A stretch of 64,000 nt of DNA from Octopus vulgaris (taxonomy: Eukaryota): positions 51,708,001 to 51,772,000 of the forward strand of contig OX597814.1 of NCBI GenBank assembly GCA_951406725.2, in the 5' to 3' direction. This document shows, piece by piece, positions 50,080 to 63,901 of the stretch. Within the stretch, counting starts at the first letter, position 1; each line of letters opens with the position of its first letter. The notes under the pieces were generated by a model that saw only the letters and a list, made by a program, of their open reading frames with translations, had not been told where the DNA came from and searched no databases. A program made the position numbers and the translations under genes.

Positions 50080-52025
50080 TGTGTGTGTGTGTGTGTGTGT
50101 ATGTGTGTGTGTAAGTATGTAAGGGAAATTTATTACCATGTGGCATTTTATCCCGAAGGAAAGCATCCTGACAAGGGGGGCATTATGTTTCTGAATTTGG
50201 AATGCTTAAAACGCCATTTGTACATTCATTGCACCCTTGAAACGGCTGTAGATGATATCCTTTACTTGAATTCACCCGAATCTGTATACTTATTCATATT
50301 TACTTTATCTACCTATTTACCCCTGAATTTTTAAATTTTGAACTCACATCTGACATTTCATATAAACATCAAATTCTTAGTTGATTCAGGCAGTTCCTTT
50401 TGGAAGTCCTTACCTTGAATTTTTATCTCTTTATTTGTCACTCTTCCATTCGGTACCTGAACCCAATGTACATGGCACATAGTTTTCACATATGACTTTT
50501 ACATGTAATTTTGTTCACTCTTTTATAAATTTATATGTATATTTATTTCGTTATGTGTTATAAATTATGCTTTGGAATTTGTATTGATTGCCCAGATATC
50601 TTCCTTCTATAATTTCCCTTATCCTTCAATTTAGCTTGCAATGACCACTTCTTAATACAGTCCATATTTTGTAAAGTATACTTAAAACATACTTCATAAG
50701 AAGATTTAACTTTATATATATGTACGCATGTGTGTGTATGTGTATAAATATGTATATATATATATATACATACTTCAAAAAGGACACGTGGCGTTCGACC
50801 ATATAATAAAAGAAATAATATATAAATATATGCATATATACATACATATATGTACATACCTACATATATATGTATATATACATGCATATATGGGTACAGG
50901 ACATAAAAAAAAAACGTTGAACACAATGAGAAACGAAAACATAGAAATGAACATTTTTTCGAACAACAAAAAAACAAACAGAGAAACGAGGCATACAACA
51001 TTAGAAAATATTCCCCTTCTTCAGTTGTTCCTGTTTCAACTACTCCATGTTTTGAAGGCAAGGACAAGACACGACTCTGTTGAAACAGTCCTTCTCGCAA
51101 AGCAAATTAAATAAAATTTGGGATTTTTTGCAGAGGGTGAAAGTGGTAACAAGAACAGGACAGTGAGAACAAAACAGTAAAAACAAACGGTGAGGGCTGT
51201 TAAGCCAAGATGATAGAATTATTATGAATGCTAGGAAGACGAGCTTATATGAGAAACGAAAATAACCTACAGGAGCTGGGGATCATGTACATATTCATTA
51301 TTAAATTGACTGAATTTGTACTTGTTAAGAAGATGTGATTGGCAAGAAGTTTCATAGGGATTAATCGTCAAAATTAATAGTTGGGAAGTAAATACTAACA
51401 CTTAATGTGATGTTCAAGAAAACTTTAATTAAATCAAGCTTCTACATGCATTGAAGACAGATAAACATTGGTTCAATGCTGAAGTTTATTTGAGACAGGC
51501 AAGGGAGAAACTCCATTTCCAAATCAAATAATTGACAACATCAAAGTCTCAGACATGCTGCGAGAAGTAAAAAGATCTGCAGAAACCTGAACTGATAGAC
51601 TTACTGGACAGTAAAAGAAAGTGTGTACATATGAACTAGAATTTCATGAAGGAAAATTATATCCAAAAGTTAGAGACAATGAAAAGTAACAGGCAAAAAT
51701 GTGACAATAAGTAAAGTAGCATAATGAAAGCCTCCTACGAATCAAACTAGCAATAGTCCCTGCTATGGGGTGGGGATAAGAAAGGAAATGGAGGTGAGGG
51801 TAACTGTATGTCTATCAGGGAAAATAACTGAGATGGAGAAAGAATCTGACAAAGTAGACATTATGATAATTATTCAGTGATACTATTGTTTAGCCAATCA
51901 AAAGGCATTTAGCCAATGATTTTGTTTATAGGTTTGGACCTGAAAACTGAATATTATTTTGGCTGTGTGGGTGAGAAGCATGTTTCCCAACCTCTTGCAC
52001 TTGGGTTCAGTCACCTGGGATATAT

Positions 52026-52358
52026 TGAAAATTGAAAATATAAGAGTAAAAATGCAGTTAAACATTGGAAATATTACCATTGTGAGTGAAGAAACTTGGA
52101 AGTATATCAGAAAGCCAAAATTAAGTCAGTCTACAAAAGTAGTACACGGTGTTACGGGTAAAAGATTGTATTTGTAGGTGAATTTGTGTGTAATGTGACA
52201 TTTCGTGACGAAATGAAAACAGCAAAAGTATGTGTTAAAAAATTCAGTAAATTTGTTCAGCCCAGAGTGGGTGGAACTGTTGAGCAACTGCAATAAAAAA
52301 TATACTCACACCAATAATGTGACTATGCTACCAGCGTTTTGGGGATTAGTAAATTATT
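52026..52358 (+). repeat. Direct copy of 48235-48572 (gypsy fragment) inside a SINE A copy
   Basis: About 6 substitutions and 3 small indels versus the source; SINE head upstream and SINE body downstream. Confidence 0.92.
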
Positions 52359-53137
52359 GTCTTCTACTATAGCCCCAGACCAACCAAAGCCTTGGTAGTT
52401 GATTTGATAGACTGAAACTGAAAGAAGCCTATCATATATATATATGTCATCATCATCATCATCATTTAACATCCGCTTTCCATGCTAGCATGGGTTGGAC
52501 GATTTGACTGAAGACTTGCGAACCAGATGGCTGCACCAGGCTCCAATCTGATCTGGCAGAGTTTCTACAGCTGGATGCCCTTCCTAATGCCAACCACTCC
52601 ATGAGTGTAGTGGGTGCTTTTACGTGCCACCGGCACGAGGGCCAATCTGGCGGTGCTGGCAACAGCCATGCTCCAAATGGTGCTTTTTACATGCCACCTG
52701 CACAGGAGTTAGTCCAGCAGCACTGGCAACGACCTCGCTTGAATGTTTTGTTCATGTGCCAGTAAGGCGACGCTAGTAACAATCACGCTCAAATTGTGCT
52801 TTTTACGTGCCACCGGAATGGAAGCCAGACTTGTTTATTTATATATATATATTTGTGTGTGTGTGTGTGTGTGAGTGTGAGTGTGTGCGTGTGTGTGTGT
52901 TTATCCATGTATGTATGATGAAAGATATGAACAAGGGAATCTGGCAAAAGCCCAGATTCTCTAGCTTAGATCTTCCATCACCTTGTCCTGCAGTTGTTGG
53001 ATGAACTGCTGCGTGTGGATGCAGTCAGAATGTCCATTTTGTCCCTTCCTGCTGGCTATTGCTTTGTTGTCTTTTTGCAGCTGTCCATGTCATGTCTTGC
53101 AGCCTTTACAGTGTTTACAAACCATTGAGCAGTAGTT

Positions 53138-54370
53138 ATCATCATCATCGTTTAACGTCCGTTCTCCATGCTAGCATGGGTTGGACGGTTCGACCGGGGA
53201 TCTGGGAAGCCAGAAGGCTGCACCAGGCTCCAGTCTTATCTGGCAATGTTTCTACAGCTGGATGCCCTTCCTAACGCCAACCACTCCGTGAGTGTAGTGG
53301 GTGCTTTTTACGTGCCACCCGCACAGGTGCCTCAACAGGTCTTTGTGTCCAAGGGAGGAAAGGCATGCATAAGTGGGCTGGGCTCACTTGTCCTGCCTGG
53401 TCTTCTCACGTACAGCATATGCAAAGGTCTCGGTCGCTGGTCATTTCCTCAGTGAGGCCTAAAGTTCGAAGGTCATGCTTCACCACCTCGTCCCAGGTTT
53501 TCCTGGGTCTACCTCTTCCACGGGTTCCCTCAACTGCTAGGGATTGGCACATTTTCACACACCTATCTTCATCCATTCTCGCCACATGACCATACCAGCG
53601 CAATCGTCTTTCTTGCACACCACAACTGATGCTTCTTAGGTACAACATTTCTCTCAAGGTACTAACGCTCTGTCGAGTATGTACACTGACATTACACATC
53701 CATCGGAGCATACAGGCTTCATTCCTCGCGAGCTTACGCATGTCCTCAGCAGTCACGGCCCATGTAGCATGGCTGTTCGTACACATGCATCATACAGTCT
53801 GCCTTTTACTCTGAGCGAGAGGCCTTTAGTCACCAGCAGAGGTAAGAGCTCCCTAAGCTTTGCCCAGGCTATTCTTATTCTACCAGTTACGCTTTCAACG
53901 CACCCACCCCCACTACTGACTTGGTCACCTAGATAACGGAAGCTATCAACTACTTCTAGTTTTCCCCCTGGAAAGTGACGGAAGTTGTTTTCTGCAGATT
54001 TTCGGAGGTTAATGCTCCCGAGCATCTGCCACATACAAAAACTATCTTCCCAGTTAGCCTACCTTTGACATTGCTGCACCTCTTATGTGTTCATAGCTTA
54101 CACTGGGTACATCTTATAGAGTTTCTACCTACACCTTTTCTACAGATCGAGCAGGGCCATCTTCCTGAAGACATTTGTGGATTGTCTACCTTCCTACTTA
54201 TTAGTACTTTGGTTTTAGCTAGGTTGACTCTAAGGCCCCTCGATTCTAAACCCTCCTTCCACACCTGGAACTTCTCCAGTTCTGATAGTGACTCAGCAAT
54301 TAGAGCAAGGTCGTCAGCATAGAGGAGCTCCCAGGGGCAACCTGTCTTGAATTCCTCCATAATTGCCTGG
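53138..54370 (-). mobile_element. RTE LINE 3' fragment (YADD, PHD-like finger, C-terminus, internally deleted 3' UTR, tail)
   Basis: ORFs 54091-54360, 53753-54034 and 53406-53786 nearly identical to 4730-5730. Confidence 0.93.
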
Positions 54371-55859
54371 AGTTATGATATCAGCATTTTGATACCCAGA
54401 ACTTCTTTCCAATATTCAGATGGTACCCAGTCCTCCACGTCAACTAATTTCTTCTCAACGACAACTTTAATCTTTAAGCTCTCCAATGCCATTGACTGTT
54501 CACCAATACATCAAGCTGTTCTTGAAAAAAGGAGACATTAAAGTAATTAGATTTAGCCATGCAATGATGTAGCCCTAGGCTCACTAGTTCCTGTTGAACC
54601 ATCTCACAACATGGAAAATGGACATTAAATGATGGTGATGATGGTCTTGTATTTCTCTTACAAAATTCTTGTTGTGAAGTGCAAATATTGTACTTTGTGA
54701 GTGTTATACTGCCAATTAAAATACAACCGTCATTTTTATTCCATTTAGTTTTATTAGCAATAAAGTAGATAATTACTTAATTAGTGATATTAATTCAATG
54801 TTCTTTCATTACACCCTGTCACTTTATCACTGATAATGTGTTCATCCTACACCTTCTCTATGTTATCGCACACACTTTGCTTTGTAGTATTTTTTAATAG
54901 TCTGTCTACTTTTGCTGTTAATATATACCTTGTGTTTGTATATGTGGGTGTAAATAAACAAATACATAGACATGCACACACACACACACACACATATATA
55001 TACATACATACACACACACACATATGCGTGTGTGTGCGTGTGTGTATATATATAAGGAAAATAAGACAAGGTAGAAAATTCTAAAATAATTTTATCATGA
55101 AGAACATTTTAGTACCAGTTTCAGTCTTTGCGACTTTTCAACTTAGAGTAAAGCATGAAAAACAATTAAATTGTGGAAAAATTAAAGGAAATGTTTTTTA
55201 AAATATTTCCATAGTTTTCAAATACAAGAGACATTTTCCTTTTTTCTGTCTGTCTCTCTCTCTCTCTTTTATTCTTGTGAAAGCTTGGTAGTAGGGAGTA
55301 GGAAAAGAAGAGAAAGAAGAAGAAAAATATGGGAGTGGTAATGACAGTAGTAGGATGTTGGTGGAATCCAATTAAAAGGTCAAGTGACCTGTTAGGGTTG
55401 TAATAGTAGTGATTGGAATAGTTTTGAATAAATTCATAGGTAGTGACTGTTCTGAATATAATCACTTTTTTCTGTATTTAAGGTAGTAAATTATCCAAAT
55501 TCTACTTAAATAAGTTTAGTGTTATTTGCAAACTATTATAAAATAAGTTTTAATATTCAAATTTGAATTTTAGCTGCAATATTTTAATTAAAAAGTACTT
55601 TACAAGTAATAGCTTGTCCTATACTTTTACAGGTGTAATAACTTGTCCTGTACTTTTCCAGGTTAATAATCTCAAGAATATTACTTTTCATGCTCACATT
55701 TTCCAATGTAATCCATGATTTTTCCAGACATTGCTGTTATAAGATAATTAATAATTTAAGATTTTACCTTATAAAATACTGAAAGATAATATTTCAATTT
55801 TTCCATGTAAGTGATGATAATATTTCAATTTTTTTCATGTTTAATTTAAATTTATGTTA

Positions 55860-57260
55860 TATAATAATGAAATTATTGTATACAGTGCTCAGGTGTACCA
55901 CAACTTGTCAGAAAGTGCGTATAGAATATATGCAGTAATGTACAAATGTCTGGAAAGCGAACAATGTATGAGTCAGATACATGTTTGTGTGTGTATGGAG
56001 GGGAGAAAATCAGGTGTAGTGTTGGCGAATCTCAGAAAGCATGAAAGTTTTGAAGGATGCATTGCTCCGACAACTAACAACTGATGCCAGCAGTTTGTTC
56101 CATGCTTCAGCAACTCTCAGTGTGAAAAAATGTTTCCTAAAGTCATGGGAGCTGTGCTGTTTTCTGACTTTGTAAATATGTCCACGGGTGTTAGACGGGT
56201 GGAGTATGAAAAGGTGCTCAGAGTTATTGTTTGTAAGATGGTTGATAATTTTATGTGTGTCTGCCAAGTCAGCTGCCAGACGTCGGAGTTTCAATGTATC
56301 CATGCCCAGGGAAGTAAGGCGTTCAGAATATGGCAAATGCCTGATGGAGGGTATTCTTTTGGTTGCATGTTGCTGAACGGCTTCCAGACGATTGATATCC
56401 TGGGCAAGATAGGGGTTCCAGACCGGTGATGCAAATTCCAGGTGAGGTCTTACCATAGCTATATAAAGCCGCAGATAGATAGCCGGAGAGCGGCTCACAA
56501 AGGATTTGATGAGTGATGTCAAGACACCCTCAGCCTTCTTGACAATTTTAGCGATGTGTTTTGTCCAACGCAAATCACTGTCGACAATAACACCCAGGTC
56601 ACGTTTACATGAAGACTTTTTGAGATTAGTGTTGTGGAGGGAGTAGGTGGACGCTGGGGTTCTCCTCTCAAAATGCATGGTGGTACATTTGTCCGCAGCC
56701 AGCTTGAGTTGCCAGTCCATGATCCACTGCTGCATTGTGTCCAGGTCTGCTTGCAATAGAGATCTATAGTGTACAGGATCTGACCTCTTTATTTCGAGGC
56801 ACAGCTTGATGTCATCTGCATATTTCAGCACTGTGGCATTCTTTAAGTTGGCATCTATGTCATTAACATATGCAACAAATAAAAGGGGGCCAAGAACAGA
56901 TCCCTGTGGTACACCAGATGTCATCTCATAGGGTGAAGAGTGCTGTCCTAGAACTGTGACAACCTCTTTTCGGCCGAAGATAAAAGACTTCAACCAGTTA
57001 TAGAGTTCGTCTCTTACGCCCAACGCAGAGAGCTTCACCATAAGTCTTTTGTGTGACACAGAGTTAAAAGCCTTAGCAAAGTCCAGGTAAACAACATCCA
57101 CCCAGGATCCGCGATCAGTGTTTTGGGTAACGTCCTCAAGAAACTCGATGAGTTGATTAGAGCAGCTGGAGTTAGGAATAAATCCAAATTGTGACGGCTG
57201 GATGAGGCTGTGAGACTTCCAGAGGGTTTCTCTGATACAGGATTCCATCAGTTTGGCGAC
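55860..57260 (-). mobile_element. CR1-clade LINE, 5'-truncated, with uninterrupted 412-aa RT/C-terminal ORF (56010-57248)
   Basis: QFGF, VVYLDFAKAF, GVPQGSVLGPLLF, KYADD, RDLGV, VRPHLEFASPVW, TRGH, FFTLRVAEAWNKL. Confidence 0.93.
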
Positions 57261-58949
57261 CCATCCACACCAAATTAATGGCAGGGATTTTTACCAGGCT
57301 GGTTGCACCATGGCTCACCAAAAGTTACAAACAACAAGACCCCAAAACCATTAGTTACCAGGCTTACCTTAAGTAACCTAATTTTGCAATATTAGGAGGT
57401 CACAGGTATTCATTCAACAGAAAAAATATTTCCAATGATTCCGGGATTGGAGGGGAACCCTCCCACCTCATTTTTTCTGAACCAAAACAAGGGATTTGCA
57501 GCATATTAGGAGGTCAGGGTACTTGATTTCACACAAAAAATCAAATTTTTTTCTTTCTTAGTGAAAATCGTGTGGGTGTTAATATAGAAATTGACCATAA
57601 TGTTGTTGATATTTAGCCTCAAATCAACTCTGATACTGCAAACGTATCATCAAAGACATTCCAGCCTTCAGTAAACCGTCTTTTTAGGGATAATCTAGGA
57701 CATTATAATGGATGTGTGATTTAGGTAGGGGGATACTTTGGCTGCTATTTTTAGCATGTCAAGCAACCAGGTAGATGCTCTTTCATTGGTTCAATTGCAT
57801 GATGAGATGTAATATGTAATATGTGTTTTGGTCCCATGCAACAAAAATTTGTATCAAAAAAGTTGTGAGGTAAAATATAATGAAAAAATATATAAGTAAG
57901 GCAAAAAATTGGGTTTAAGTATAATTAACTTTTTTAAAAACAAACTATATTTTAATTAAGCTTAAATGACAGAGCTCAATTTAAGAAATTTCATGGGTGA
58001 TAATATAGTTCTAAACTTTTTTATGAATATAGTTCTATAAGGGAACTTTTAATATATGTCACTGGTGTCATTGAGGTAAGGACAAAATTATCAACAACAC
58101 TGCTAATTGACACATTATTAATTAGCATAAAACTACAGTCTGGAAAAAACATGGATTACATGGAAAAATGCAAACAAGAGAAATACTAATCTTAAGATTA
58201 TAAACCTGGAAAAGTACAGGACAAGTTATTACACTTGGAAAAGTTCAGGACAACTTATTAGATCTGGTAAAGTACAGAACAAGAACATTTTTACTTACAA
58301 TATTGCAGCTAAGGTAAAATTTTGTATATTAAAAATTATTTGATTTTAATTTACAAAGTAACATATTAATTAAAAAAGGTACCATCAGATTGTTAAAATA
58401 TTGAGACACTAGAATACTTAAAAAATGAGAGCCAAAAATACCAATATAGTTAAAGTTTTATGCAAAGTAAAATAGTATATATGGTGGGCAAATTCATTAC
58501 GTAAAACTATAGGCATTGGGTCAGGACTAAAAATGTGGAAACTTTTTAATAACTTAGGCAATAACTCAAGCAAATTTTACTGTAAATTTGTTGTTATAGG
58601 TAGATTTTACAGTAAAACATAACTAATTTTTGTATTATTCTATTTATTGTACTAACTAATTATGTAATTATGTACTACTATTATTTTTTATAACCTATTT
58701 TCAAATTTGAAATTCTTAATTAATTATTAAAAAAAAGAATTCTTTTAAAGTGCAAAAAATATTTTGAGTTATTTTTAATTTTTAATAGAAGTAACAAGTA
58801 ATAAATAGAAGTAATAACTTGTAATAGAAACTTTTAGTTTTAATAAAAGCTAGTATTTTCTAAATCTAAATATTTTATTTGATATTTTATCCTTAGCTGC
58901 AATATTTTAAGTAAAAATTAGTTACATACCAGACCCTAGCACCACTGGA

Positions 58950-59425
58950 AAGTACTGTGGTTTAAACGTTAAGACCAGAGTAGGTAAGATCTTCCTCAAT
59001 TTAGTTGAAAGACACTTCCCCTGTACTAATAGATTCAACAAAATATTTAATAGAAATACCCTGAGATTATGCTTTAGCTGTGCATCTAGCATAAAAAAGA
59101 TTTTAGTAGGTAGACCCATACCCGAGGTAGAGGCAGGATGCTCATGCAGGGATAACACAACTTGTCCACTGAACAACCACTGCAATATGGAGACAGTTGT
59201 TTACGAGGTTGAGGTAACAGCAACAGGACCCAATGGACAACCGAGCATGTAGATGTATGGGGGGGGGGGGCAATGGAAGGCTCCTTCAAAACCTGTTTTA
59301 ATAACCACAAGTCCTCCTTCAACATCCCAGAGAGATGTAATGCCACAACTCTGGCCAAGTATGCCTGGGTTTTGAAAGAAAGCACTATGGAATACAATAT
59401 AAAGTGGAAGATCCTAGGAAGTGCA
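58950..59425 (+). mobile_element. Penelope-like retroelement fragment (Cys-rich linker and GIY-YIG endonuclease)
   Basis: KIFLNLVERHFP..KIFNRNTLRLCFSC..CSCR...CPLNNHC..VVYEV...FKTCFNNHKSSF..TTLAKYAW..YNIKWKIL; one stop and a frameshift in poly-G. Confidence 0.85.
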
Positions 59426-60419
59426 GTTATGCCTGACTGAGAAGATAGCAATCTTAAAATATACCCAACACCCGGATGTCTACCTGAGTAGCAGGAGTAA
59501 GGTGTTTAATCTTTGCCTGCATGAAAGGAAATACATCCTATCATGCCTGTACGCCTCACCATGACTGAAACCACATATTTTTCTCTCATTAAACACATTT
59601 TATGGAATGATGATGCCAAAGTAACACACGCATGTTCCATTGGTGGAATATATATAAAAAAAAGAATTAAAATTTTTACCCCCACCTCAATCAAGCGAAG
59701 CTGTGTGTATGTATATGAAAATACATTTTCTAACAGAAAGTATGTGTGTGTGTCAAACTTCTGTCCCCCACCCCACCATTTTCTCCCAAATTTATTTATT
59801 AAAAAAAATTTTTTTGCCCAAAACCCGTTTTCGGATACAGAGGTTCCGGAAAATTGCCAAAAATAGGCATTGTTAAATTCCCCACTTTCCCCCAACACTA
59901 ACCCTAACCATAACTACAGAAAGGTTTAAAAATTTTTGTCAGAATCGTAATGTCCGTATTTTTCCGCATATTTAGAAAAAAAAAAAAAAAATTTTTTTAA
60001 TTCTACAAAAATTTTTTCAGACTCATAATCTTATTTTTCTGCATATTTTGAAAAAAAAAAAAAAATATCTGAAAAAGTAAAAAAAAATGAAGGAACTGGG
60101 GGTGGGGGTAATTTAAAAATGCCGATTTTGCCAATTTTTTTGCAGATTCGTATTCCCCGTAGCTGAAAAAAAAGTAAAAAAAGGGTGATCTTTTTTTTTG
60201 AAGCGGAGGGGACAGGCGGAAGTCTTGCCTGAATTATCGCTTACATAACTCTTTTTTTTTAAATCACTAGATAAATGCCAGCAATGTCCTTCTGAGGCTC
60301 TCCAGTATTTTAAATTATAAACAAAAACAATTGAGGGTAGGGAGTGGGGTTGCAAAAAACCCATATTTTTCAATTTTTTTTATAGCATATAAGTGTATTT
60401 ATGGAGAATAAAGTATTAA

Positions 60420-60635
60420 TTTCTTTATTGCCCACAGGGGGCTAGACATAGAGGGACAAAGGGATCAAGCCGATTACATCAACTCTAGTGCATAACTGCT
60501 ACTTATTTAATCGACCCCGAAGCGATGAAAGGCAAAGTCGACCTCGGCAGAATTTGAACTCAGAACGCAAAGACTGACGAACTACCGTTAAGCATTTTGC
60601 CCGGCGTGCTAACCTTTCAGCCAGCTCGCCGCCTT
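60420..60635 (-). mobile_element. tRNA-derived SINE family B, full length, CpG-rich (young)
   Basis: Minus strand aggcggcgagctggctgaaaggttagc...gagttcaaattc...aataaagaa tail. Confidence 0.88.
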
Positions 60636-61147
60636 AAGTAGTAGGATATTGAGTAGGATATTGAAAAACATCAATACAGGCGAGAGTGAGAAAGAAACGA
60701 AGAGGGTTGTCTTGGATTATGTGTTAGAAACAACAGTCAAATCTCCCTTAAATCACTTACTTTTTCCTCTGAAAATATTAACAATTAAAAAAATATTTCT
60801 ACCGAAAAGGCTCCTCTCATGGTTTTGAAGTGTCAAAAAAATGGCCAAAATTGATCCGAAGTGGGATTAGTGGGGTTATACAAAAAGATTTCAAATCCTT
60901 TTTTTTTTTCATACAAAGATGTGTCCCCCCCCCCACCATCCATCATTTCGAAGGCTGTAGTTTAAAAAAAAAATAGGAAAAACCCGTCAAAACGGAGTAG
61001 TTCCAACTTATTTGGTCTTCCTGATCCGAAACTCTTTTTCCTACGTACTCGGAAAAAATTTCCCCCCACAAATTTCTTTATAACCGTAATCTATGCCGTT
61101 TGAAAGGTATTTGTATAAAATTTCATTAAAAGGTAACCATTTATATG

Positions 61148-61504
61148 TATACAGTGCTCAGGTGCACCACAACTGGTCAAAAGTGCGTATAAAGCATGTG
61201 CAGCAATGTACAAATGTCTGGGAAGTGAACAGTGTATGTATATGTGCATTCTTAAATATAATAACAATAATGAAATATTGTATACAGGGCTCAGGTGCAC
61301 CACAACTGGTCAAAAGTGCGTATAAAGCATGTGCAGCAACGTACAAATGTCTGGAAAGCGGACAATGCATGAGTCAGATACATGCTTGTATGTGTATGGA
61401 GGGGAGAAAATCCGGTGTAGTGTTGGCGAATCTCAGGAAGCATGGAAGTTTTGAAGGATGCATTGCTCCGACAACTAACAACTGATGCCGGCAGTTTGTT
61501 CCAT
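61148..61504 (-). mobile_element. CR1-clade LINE 3' end with a tandem second copy of the terminal ~100 bp
   Basis: Matches 55860-56104; gtatacagtgctcaggtgcaccacaactggtcaaaag occurs twice. Confidence 0.85.
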
Positions 61505-62068
61505 TCAGATAATTTTCTAAGGAATTAAAATAATTTCACTTTTTTTCTTTCTTTTTTTTTTCTGTAAAAAAGTCTGTTTTGATTTTAACAACTGCAACAA
61601 AGGACGAAAGAAAAAAAAAACCTTATCCGCTTCAGATTGTTTTTTTTTTTTGTGCTAATAAGAGATTTCGGTCAAACTCTAGTGTTTGACCTAGATTTCT
61701 ACGTTGTTGGATTAAATAGGGGCCAAATGTTTCCTCATATTTCAATCCATCCTCTTACACAGCGATATATTAGGTCTTAGATACACGATGTCTGAACTAA
61801 AAAGATGGGATTATCACAGCTAGAATATCCTTGATCATACGTTTGTCTACTCGATCACAATAAACGACTTCAAAAATTCAGAATAGCTTCTTTGTAACAT
61901 GAGACCGAGGAAAATAAGAGACAAACACAAGCGTTCAAGAGTTAAACGACACTTTTCTGAGACGCTGCTCTTTTTTATGGTTTTTCAGAAGCATTTTTCA
62001 AACCAAGACGATTTTATTACTATTACAAACGGAATGACTTTTATAGATTTTATAAAAAATTTTAAACG

Positions 62069-62314
62069 ATGGTGCGACATAAAACATTGAAAAGGTTTAC
62101 CCCTAAAGCCAACAGTTCTAAGGCAGTCCACTCTGAACAATCTAATCGCCGGAAAATCCATATGGATTCATTAGAATGTAAGAGTAAATTCTGCCAGTGT
62201 TGGAAAGATGATAAAGATAGCAAACTACCAAATGCTGAAACAATCACCGCAAAATTACAAGTTAACAAAATGAAAAAAGAAGTGGTCCCAAAATTCAATA
62301 ATGCCACACAGAAT
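62069..62314 (+). CDS. Putative first coding exon of an unidentified downstream gene (82 codons, MVRHKTLKRF...NNATQN)
   Basis: Stop-free non-repetitive frame from ATG (acgATGG) ending exactly at a consensus donor AAT|gtaagt (phase 0), in a CpG-retaining region; no domain recognised. Confidence 0.45.
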
Positions 62315-63105
62315 GTAAGTTTTTTTAATCTTTAATGTAAAACTAGTTTTAGGATTTGTATTTCATTTGGTGGGCCGATAAAATACTAGTCAAATCTGAG
62401 GTGTATTAAATCTACTTCGTCTCTTCAACAAAATGTATTCTGTTTAAAATCGTTTTTTAAACTTAGACCAATTATTCCAGAAAGAAACGCAACAATTATA
62501 ACGATGAAGGGAAATTAACTATATAAGGAAATACTTAGCCTGTATATATTCAATTAGTTGTTAAATTCATGGATTTTGGAAATATTTATTACCTATTCTA
62601 ATTAAATTATTTAATTGAATCTACACAATGATTCCTAAACACAGGTATCATGGCCGTGAATTTTTAGGGAAAGGGAACAGATGATTATACAATATAAACT
62701 TCACTTCTTTATAAGTGCTCTATTTAATAACTTACAGGGCATAATTTAAAAAGAAAAATGTTCCAGAATTTTATCTTGCGTCATACTAACGTAATACCAG
62801 GACTTGTGTTATTGACAAGCGATAGCTCAAGAAAGAGCCTGTTATAGCTTTTGTTAAGCTATACAGAAAAAACTCAATGGAGAACCTGACTGTATTGGTG
62901 AAAGATTTATTTAGTTACATTTAGTTAAACACATGAGAACGTGAGCCATCGATCAACTCGTGCTTCGTAGATGTCCCGCCTAATCGGAAGTTCACTTCAG
63001 TACAGACCAGCTCCTTAATTAGCCCACAGCGAAGTTCCTGTCTACATTTCGTCCGTCATAAATCCTTAGACAGTGCCCTACACTGTCGGCAATTGAGCGG
63101 TGTTT

Positions 63106-63901
63106 GGATCTTTTCCTTTTGAACGGCACTTTGTAACATAATTTCTAGGTAACTAAAAAGTTTTAAACTTCGTATACTGGTAGAACGTGTTTATAAAACA
63201 TCATTTTCTCTTGGCTTTATTGAAAAAATTCTATAGGTTGTAAGATATTTCGTCTAAAATTTCTAGCATTTCGGCAATTTTAACCAATCGCTGACGTCCA
63301 TTTAGGTAAACAACATTCTGTGCATAATGAATATGTCCCTCCTTTAAGAAACAGATTGGGTTTATTTACATTTATGAAGAAAAAAGATACCCTTCCCCCA
63401 CCCTAACCCTAAATCTAAAATAGATTGAAATGCAATAGATCGATACTAGGGTTATAATTATGGGTAACAATTTCATACGACACCGCAACGGAAAATGGGA
63501 TTTTTTTCTAGCGGTGTCAAAGGAAAATGTCACCCATAATTATGGCCCTAGTATCGATCTATTGCATTTCAATCTATTTTAGATTTAGGGTTAATTAGGG
63601 TTAGGGGTTGGGGAAGGGTATCTTTTTTTCTTCACAAATGTAAATAAACCCAATCTGTTTCTTAAAGGAGGGACATATTCATTATGCACAGAATGTTGTT
63701 TACCTAAATAGACGTCAGCGATTGGTTAAAATTGCGAAATGCTAGAAATTTTAGACAAAATATCTTACAACCTATAGAATTTTCTCAATAAAGCCAAGAG
63801 AAAATGATGTTTTATAAACACGTTCTACCAGTATATGAAGTTTAAAACTTTTAGTTACCTAGAAATTATGTTACAAAGTGCCGTTCAAAAGGAAAAGATC
63901 C
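63106..63901. mobile_element. 796-bp foldback (palindromic) non-autonomous DNA transposon, GG termini, 8-bp TSD (Merlin- or Mutator-like)
   Basis: ~380-bp near-perfect arms around a 24-nt loop (63487-63510); termini GGATCTTTTCC / GGAAAAGATCC; TSD cggtgttt / cagtgttt. Confidence 0.9.

Noticed and set aside
60560-60635. tRNA-like sequences with A and B boxes
   Set aside because: SINE heads followed by SINE bodies and tails; no proper cloverleaf evident.
63400-63606. Telomere or interstitial telomeric array
   Set aside because: Only about two units per arm, internal to the foldback element.
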